Part shown: one piece after another, positions 57,248-64,000 of the stretch
Numbering within the stretch: the first letter of the stretch is position 1
How the letters are laid out: every line of letters begins with the position of its first letter
From: Octopus vulgaris
Lineage: Eukaryota
Direction of reading: 5' to 3'
Assembly (NCBI GenBank): GCA_951406725.2
Contig: OX597826.1
Coordinates: forward strand, 62,310,001 to 62,374,000
Length of the DNA: 64,000 bases
The notes under the pieces: generated by a model
What the model was told of the DNA's origin: nothing
What the model saw: the letters and a program-made list of their open reading frames with translations, nothing else
Database searches by the model: none
Translations under genes and position numbers: made by a program

Positions 57248-57826
57248 TATACATATATATATATAAAGGCCATAACTGTTTCTTTTCCTCTGCTTTGTTT
57301 AAGTCCTTTAGCTATAGGAGACACGGTCGAACAATTGTCGTCGTGATGAAGGCTGGTGAGTCAGAAACACGGGTTCATGATTGTTTTATCTCTAGACAAT
57401 GAGTCTGACCATTTCCTTCACGGAATGTCAGTTTTTCGAGAGATCGTGAATCTTGATACTATCTCACCCCTTTCGGAGGTGGCGTTGGTCATAATTGCCA
57501 TCTGATAATTATCATACACTTGTTGAGGCGGAAATAATTTTAATAAATCATGAATTTGTGATGTATGTTATTTCACATACGGTATTTGTTTTATGGGATT
57601 TCAAATACATGCCAGCGGCCACTTCAAATTATTTCTTTTAGAGATAATTTTTGATTAAATTACATACACATACACACACACATACACGAGTGTATGTGTT
57701 TGTGTATGTGCGTGTATGTGTGTGCATATATGTATGTTTATATATGTATTTATGCATATATATATATATGTACATGTTTATATAAATATATATACACACA
57801 CACACTCATATATATATATATATGTA

Positions 57827-57874
<48 letters not shown>

Positions 57875-58393
57875 CACGCACGCACACACACACACACATT
57901 TATATGTATGAAATATAATTAAAGGATAAAATCATTAAAAATTTTATCAGTGGCCAGCATATAAAATAGACCAGTCTCTGTGCCCTTAATTAGAATTGTA
58001 TTTTATACTATTATAACTCTCTCTGTGTCTCCTTCTCTCCCCCTCTCTCTCTATATATATATACACACACAGACATAAACATGAAACAACACACACAGAG
58101 ACACAATACATACATAAATACATACATACACACACAACACACACACACACGCATATATATGTATATATATACTGTTGTATTGAAGTATATAGAAAAAGAG
58201 TTAGACCTCAATATATCAAAATAGAGGGTAGTTTAATAGGATACCATGATATACATATACCCACCCGACACATACATGGATTCAAACACATACAGACTCT
58301 TCACGTATCCAAAGGCACGCAGGATTGTTTACAGGCAAAATCATGTAGTCGTTCGTCGTGCATGTGTGAGTCTGCGTGTGTGTGTTGTATTGA

Positions 58394-58445
<52 letters not shown>

Positions 58446-58446
58446 A

Positions 58447-58520
58447 ATCCAAACAAGAAAACAAAAAGACAACAACGCAAAGATGTGGAACAAATAAAGT
58501 ATTATTGGACGCTCAGGAAA
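58447..58520 (-). mobile_element. Short terminal fragment of the hammerhead element family found at 60111
   Basis: ATCCAAACAAGAAAAC...GTGGAACAAATAAAGTATTATTGGACGCTCAGGAAA matches 60118-60201; flanked by (TA)n. Confidence 0.85.
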
Positions 58521-58541
58521 CATGCATATATATATATATAT

Positions 58542-58614
<73 letters not shown>

Positions 58615-59598
58615 CATACATACACACATACATACATACATACATACTTACATACATACATACATACATACATACTTACATACATACATACATATATAAT
58701 TTTTTTTCAATAGTCTTAATATGGAACTGGCAACTTCATTAATTAATTTTCTTGTTTCAACTCCCTATTTCAATAGCTACGTGTTTGATGATTTCTCGTC
58801 TCATTTATGTTCTTTATCAAGGAAATCTATTTTGATTTTTCCCAACTTTATTTTTGTTGCATGGCTTCGTGTTATTTACTCTATGTAATTAGCGTAGCAT
58901 CCCTTTTTAGGACGTGATGTCTAACGTTAGTAAACCTTTTATGTTACATTCTAGAAGCCGATGCTTCAGCTGTTGATTTCTTTGTTTTACTTTTATTATC
59001 TCATAATGAAGGAAAGAACATTTGACGTTCCATTTACAACAAATGTGTGCAAAAATACGCATCAAAATAATGAGGCGTGTCCCGCTACAAATTTTACTGG
59101 AACCTGCTAAAAAGAGGCTGTCCTACATTTTATATTTTTAAACTCGGCTTTCGTGGCGGAGACCAGTAATCAAGTGCACTCAAGTACTGATTTATTTTCT
59201 ATATGAATTACTATATCAATTCCTCTAATAATATTTCTATATAATTTCTTATAATATTTTTCCATATTATTCTATATAACTCTGAAAACATTGCCTAATA
59301 TCTAATTTTAATATGACAGCATGGTGTCTTTCCTGACAGATTTGGTTGTTATTGCTACATGGACAAATGATGTTAATATAGTTCTGATGATCGACAGATA
59401 CCTGGAAGGTGTTTAAACCAGTTTGTTGTTTGTGATACTGGAGAAGCTCTAGAATGTTCTTCGAAATTTTATTAAATATTGTGTGATAAAATATTAAACA
59501 CTCTCAGAAAACCCAGCCTACTTCCAGAAGGACACATACTAAATAATTTGGTAAACTGAAATTAAACTTTACTGGAATTATATATATATATATATATA

Positions 59599-59643
<45 letters not shown>

Positions 59644-59891
59644 GTCCAGGATAGGACTACACAGCCACACCAGGAAATGTATCAGGACATGAAATGTAAA
59701 AGCCGGACTAGACTACTTTATGTACAACTCCATTGTCTCCCGAGACAAAAAGGATGCCAACAACAATATAATTCCAGTAAAGTTTAATTCATATATATAT
59801 GCAATCTTCTCAGAGGAAAAAAGAAACAAAATGCATCAATAAGACATTTTAACCGGTTAAAATGTTTTATCGGTGCGTTTGATTTCTTTCT

Positions 59892-59977
59892 TTCCCTGAT
59901 GAGAATATTGCATTGTTTTACACCACTTTATTGCTTCTGCAATAATACCAATGTTTTCTTCGAAACATATGTTGGAA
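59892..59977 (+). ncRNA. Type-I hammerhead motif with long stem II, overlapping a palindrome at 59800-59912
   Basis: TTCC|CTGATGA|GAA...CATTG...TATTGC-ttct-GCAATA...CAATG...TTC|GAAA|CATATG|TT|GGAA; stem III is the palindrome ACATATGT. Confidence 0.72.
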
Positions 59978-60051
59978 GTAAAAAGATTTTAATAACACGT
60001 GCGTTTAACTCCATTTAGTTATCTATCTATCTACTCCTCTCTCTCTTTCTC

Positions 60052-60111
<60 letters not shown>

Positions 60112-60218
60112 AAGTTAATCCAAACAAGAAAACACACAAAAACAAAAAAAACACAAACAAGAGGACGTGGAACAAATAAAGTATTATTGGACGCTCAGGA
60201 AAGAAGGGAAGAAGGAGG

Positions 60219-60253
60219 GTTTAACATTTCGAGCGGAGCTCTTCGTCGGAAAC
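60219..60253 (-). ncRNA. Variant minimal hammerhead motif (CCGACGA core)
   Basis: GTTT|CCGACGA|A|GAGC-tcc-GCTC|GAAA|TG|TT|AAAC. Confidence 0.62.
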
Positions 60254-60307
60254 ATAGGAGAAGGGAAGACAGAGGAAAAAAATCGCCAGTGGTACTCACG
60301 AGGTCAC

Positions 60308-60338
<31 letters not shown>

Positions 60339-60404
60339 ATATATATATATGTGACCTCGTGAGTACCGCTGGCGATTTTTTTCCTCTGTCTTCCCTTCTC
60401 CTAT

Positions 60405-60439
60405 GTTTCCGACGAAGAACTCCGCTCGAAATGTTAAAC
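60405..60439 (+). ncRNA. Variant minimal hammerhead motif (CCGACGA core), mirror copy
   Basis: GTTT|CCGACGA|A|GAAC-tcc-GCTC|GAAA|TG|TT|AAAC (one stem II mismatch). Confidence 0.58.
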
Positions 60440-61164
60440 CCTCCTTCTTCCCTTCTTTCCTGAGCGTCCAATAATACTTTATTTGTTCCACGTCCTCTTG
60501 TATTCTAAAAATTTTAATAACAAACAGAACATAAGACGTTGCTAATTTCTCGTCAGTTATCGTAAAAAGATCATTACAATGTCATGACTCTGACAGATAG
60601 AAAACCAGAGCGAAAGGTGAAAAAGTTGAGTTGAATGTGAAAGAGTCGAGAGAAAGTGAATGTTCGAGTCAAAAGTGAAGCAAATGTACATGTATGTATG
60701 TATGTATGTGTGTATGGATATATATATAGTTAGATATATAGACAGGTAGATGTGTGTGTACTTATTCTAATTTACGGTGGTATAAATAAACCAACATCGG
60801 TTGTCAAGTGATGGACAAACACAGGCACACACAAACATGCCTGTGCCTATATATATATATATATTTATATATTGATGTGTGTGTATATGAATGCATGTAT
60901 ATATACGCATACATATATGAATATGTGGAGGGGAAGATGGGGAATTCTATAAGCATATCAAATTTACCTATTTTTCAGTAGGTTTTATTAATGGAGACCG
61001 ACATTCTTTTTGTTGAGCCTTATTAAAATTTCATCAGCGATGTCTTCATCCCTAAACAAATTACAGAGAAACAATTAGCTACTCCTTTACATACACATCG
61101 GCATTAGTAGCTTCACATCAGACTAGCTATCGATCTATCTATCTAACTCTATCTCTGTCTCTCC

Positions 61165-61223
<59 letters not shown>

Positions 61224-61246
61224 TTATATATGCACACGTACATATC

Positions 61247-61306
<60 letters not shown>

Positions 61307-61341
61307 TACTTTATTTAAAGCAGCAGAAAATTAAACAAAAC

Positions 61342-61378
61342 CTGTTACTTGAGTTTCCCGTTGCCGTTCATCGGACAG
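61342..61378 (-). ncRNA. Variant minimal hammerhead motif (CCGAUGA core)
   Basis: CTGT|CCGATGA|A|CG-GCAA-CG|G|GAAA|C-TCAA-G|TA|ACAG. Confidence 0.62.
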
Positions 61379-61411
61379 TTTTTGCTAGAAAAAAACTATT
61401 TCTAGCAAAAA

Positions 61412-61449
61412 CTGTCCGATGAACGGCAACGGGAAACTCAAAGTAACAG
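61412..61449 (+). ncRNA. Variant minimal hammerhead motif (CCGAUGA core), mirror copy
   Basis: CTGT|CCGATGA|A|CG-GCAA-CG|G|GAAA|C-TCAAA-G|TA|ACAG. Confidence 0.62.
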
Positions 61450-61551
61450 GTTTTGTTGAATTTTCTGGTGCTTTAAATAAAGCATATTACTCTACCACTG
61501 GTATTTGAGTACTCTTTTTTCCACCTTGTTTCACATTTATGTGTTTACTCC

Positions 61552-61586
<35 letters not shown>

Positions 61587-62584
61587 ATATGTATACGTAC
61601 ACTCATATGCATTAAAAGGCGTAACGTTAATTATGACTCAGATATTGGAGTACTTTTTTAAAAAAAATATCGATACATATTCTAATATTTCAGTCTGTAA
61701 GGTTTCAAAACATCACCAACAAAAATTCAAATGATAACAATAAACATCACGTGATGATTATTGATAACCGTGTGAGAAATTCTATACAATAACAATGATA
61801 GCACGCAATATGCTATATTCTCTTTTCTATCTTTTTTTCTTTTTGAAGTTCAAATAGCCAGTAGCGTAGAACGAAGAGTATTTGTTTTAATTGTTATATG
61901 TATACAGATTCCTTGTTAAGCCCATGACAAAAATATAAGATTACACATGTGATGGTTGTATCGTTACCAAGGAACCAATGAATAATTTATAAGACTTAAT
62001 TAATTACCAGGGATGATTTTATATTCTTTATATCTTTTGAGAATTTTTGTACTATATGTCTTTTTGGTAAAATTTAGAATATACTCGACGTATCATAAGG
62101 GAGAATCTAATAGCACTACAAAAAGAAAAACCAAATTAAGAAAATTAGATATATTGTTAATCGATATTCATATTTAAGCGAAATTGTTAATGAAGTGGGG
62201 AAGAAGAGACAGCTAAATATTCAAATTATATTCTTACTTCTCCTTGTTGTGTTATATTACAATAGGCTAGAGAATAATGTTCAGAAATATGGAATACTGA
62301 GGAATATGGGGTTTAAAACTTTTGTAGCCATATTTCTCTTCAAATACACATTCTTTGTTTCTATTAATTTTGGGAATAAGAAAGAATAAGGTATAATTAT
62401 TTTCCCTGCTATTAAGTTGATATTTGGAACCTAATTTAGCACGATATTTTAAAGATAAATTACAATTTAGATCACTATAAAACAGGAAGTTTGCCTCAAA
62501 ACAAAAGGAAGTCTTGATCGGGTTAGTATCGAAAGGGAGAATCGTGGAACTAAGACAGGGAAGTAATATAGGTGAATATCTCAA

Positions 62585-63090
62585 CTACAATTGAACGTCC
62601 TTCTTTGTGCTCCATGTTATTGCTTGATGAGGCTGGGGTCATCCCAGATTTGTGGTCCCAGACACGTCATCATGGGTAGAGCCGAACAGATCCATCAGTG
62701 CTCTTCATTGCTGGTGGTCCCATGCCAGCCCTTCTCTATCAGCCAAGGTGACGTTGAGCCCCTGCAGATCTTCTCCATTAACGTCCAGCCATATGGTGCG
62801 GGGCTTGCTATGAGGTTTCTTCCAGCAGAGACCTTCTGGATCGATGAAAGTAAAGCTCTGGTAGAATGATCTAGCGGGAGACCGAAGACACATACATACC
62901 AGCGCATGCAACGGATAGCTATGAGGCGAGAACCTGCAGGCTGGTGAGTGCGTGTGCGCATTTCTTTGTTGGAAACGTCATGGTGCCAAATGATGTTCTC
63001 AATCGTTCTCAGGGCTCTGCTGTCCAAGCTATTGATCCTCTTCACCAGTTGGATGTAAGTGTGATATTTGATAAAGTCGGCAACAGCCAA
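62585..63090 (-). mobile_element. RTE-clade LINE 3' remnant (frameshifted)
   Basis: KRINSLDSRALRTIENIIWHHDVSNKEMRTRTHQP..SRLIAIRCMRWY..V..LP, then WKKPHSKPRTIWLD...EDL, matching the RTE C-terminus pattern (LR.I..I.W.D.V.N..V; RLRW.GHV; R.RGRP...W.D). Confidence 0.82.
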
Positions 63091-63541
63091 AGTTTGCCTT
63101 TAACACTTTCATACATAAAGTATCAACAGGTTAGCTTCAGTATCACGAACGTATATAACCTTAATATGTATACTTCAATAGGATGCGGTCACAGTTTTTT
63201 TTCTACTGAGTGGAAGCTTCTGCAAGATTATTTCACCATAGTCTCGAGTCAAGAAAAAAAACTCAGGAGAGGGAAACTCAGGACACAAAAATCGTATGCA
63301 AGTCTGTCGAATAAATTTCAAATATAAATCAGAGATCCAGTCTTGTTGTACCATGTGACTCGTTCATTTCTGTCTTGATGATGATTTCAAGGCTATATAC
63401 GTATGAGTGTATGTATGTATTTAGTTATAGAGGGATGGATGGATGTATATAAGCGTGTGTGTATGCATGCGCGCGTGTAATGCTCATTTGCTCGTTGATT
63501 CAATAAACAAGTAGTTCAGCGGAATATGAAACCTCTGTATA

Positions 63542-63586
<45 letters not shown>

Positions 63587-63662
63587 GTAAAGAGGACAAC
63601 AAACATTAAGGCAAGGCAAACATCTCAAGTCGTATACAATATCATTAATGAAAAAATTCAAA

Positions 63663-63722
63663 GTCTTACAGACAGCTGTTTCTGGGATATTCCCGACTAT
63701 GGGATATTCCGTCATCAGAGAC
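63663..63722 (-). ncRNA. Type-I hammerhead motif of the same family as 28534, with a 4-nt duplication at the cleavage site
   Basis: GTCT|CTGATGA|C|GGAATAT-ccc-atagtc-ggg-a-ATATCCC|A|GAAA|CAGCTG|TC-TG-TA|AGAC. Confidence 0.75.
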
Positions 63723-63744
63723 AAATAGGAAAAAAATAGGGAAA

Positions 63745-64000
63745 AATGAGAAGCCAGGAGATCCAGCGAGCCATTACCAACCATCTATGCAAATCACAAG
63801 GACCACTCACCCATTACCAACTTCCCTTACCTCGACATTCCTGTTAAATGTACGTGGCATCAACCCATCAATTATTGCCCAAAAATGGAAGATCCCATAT
63901 ATAGAGAGTTGGCTTGCCGAAATGGCACATTGCTTCCCTTTCTTTATCCTTACCGAGACTCACCTGAACAACACCCATATGGACGCAGAGGTGAAAATAA
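63745..64000 (+). CDS. LINE ORF2 N-terminal AP-endonuclease domain, open to the window edge (ATG at 63787)
   Basis: MQITRTTHPLPTSLTSTFLLNVRGINPSIIAQKWKIPYIESWL...PFFILTETHLNNTHMDAEVKI contains the N-x-x-G and TETHL motifs of exo/endo/phosphatase-fold LINE endonucleases. Confidence 0.8.

Larger units (their letters stand above)
60111..60501. mobile_element. Inverted pair of ~152-bp non-coding elements (60157-60308 / 60350-60501) around a (TA)n spacer
   Basis: Arms are near-identical reverse complements; each contains a hammerhead-like motif. Confidence 0.9.
61309..61555. mobile_element. (TA)n-flanked fold-back element (arms 61309-61391 / 61399-61482 plus ~70-bp tail)
   Basis: CTTTATTTAAAGCA.CAGAAAATT.AACAAAACCTGTTACTT...GCTAGAAA is mirrored on the right; each arm has a hammerhead-like motif. 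Confidence 0.88.

Noticed and set aside
60993-61042. Minus-strand ATCG-CTGATGA...GAATG-TCGGT
   Set aside because: No stable stem II and GAAA is incomplete; compatible with chance.

Overview
Eukaryotic, AT-rich window saturated with microsatellites and with no recognisable host protein-coding exon (gene desert or large intron). The SINE families and repeat landscape look like an octopus (coleoid cephalopod) genome; this is an inference from memory, not a database match. Almost all ORFs in the supplied track are microsatellite artefacts. The real coding content is transposon-derived: an open CR1/L2-like reverse transcriptase (RT) at the left edge, a 5'-truncated Tx1/L1-clade RT plus zinc-finger ORF inserted in (GATA)n, R4/Dong-like restriction-endonuclease 3' ends next to (TAA)n, an RTE remnant, a LINE AP-endonuclease start at the right edge, Tc1/mariner remnants and MITEs, a Helitron PIF1-helicase remnant, non-autonomous Helitrons and several tRNA-SINE families. 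The most notable signal is a set of short non-coding elements set in (TA)n tracts that carry minimal type-I hammerhead ribozyme motifs (8 clear copies in about 5 families, some with a non-canonical CCGANGA core and palindromic stem III). They are arranged as fold-back inverted repeats or terminally redundant units, resembling Penelope pLTR or retrozyme elements. Different microsatellite classes each appear to host their own retroelement. All coordinates and folds were read by eye.
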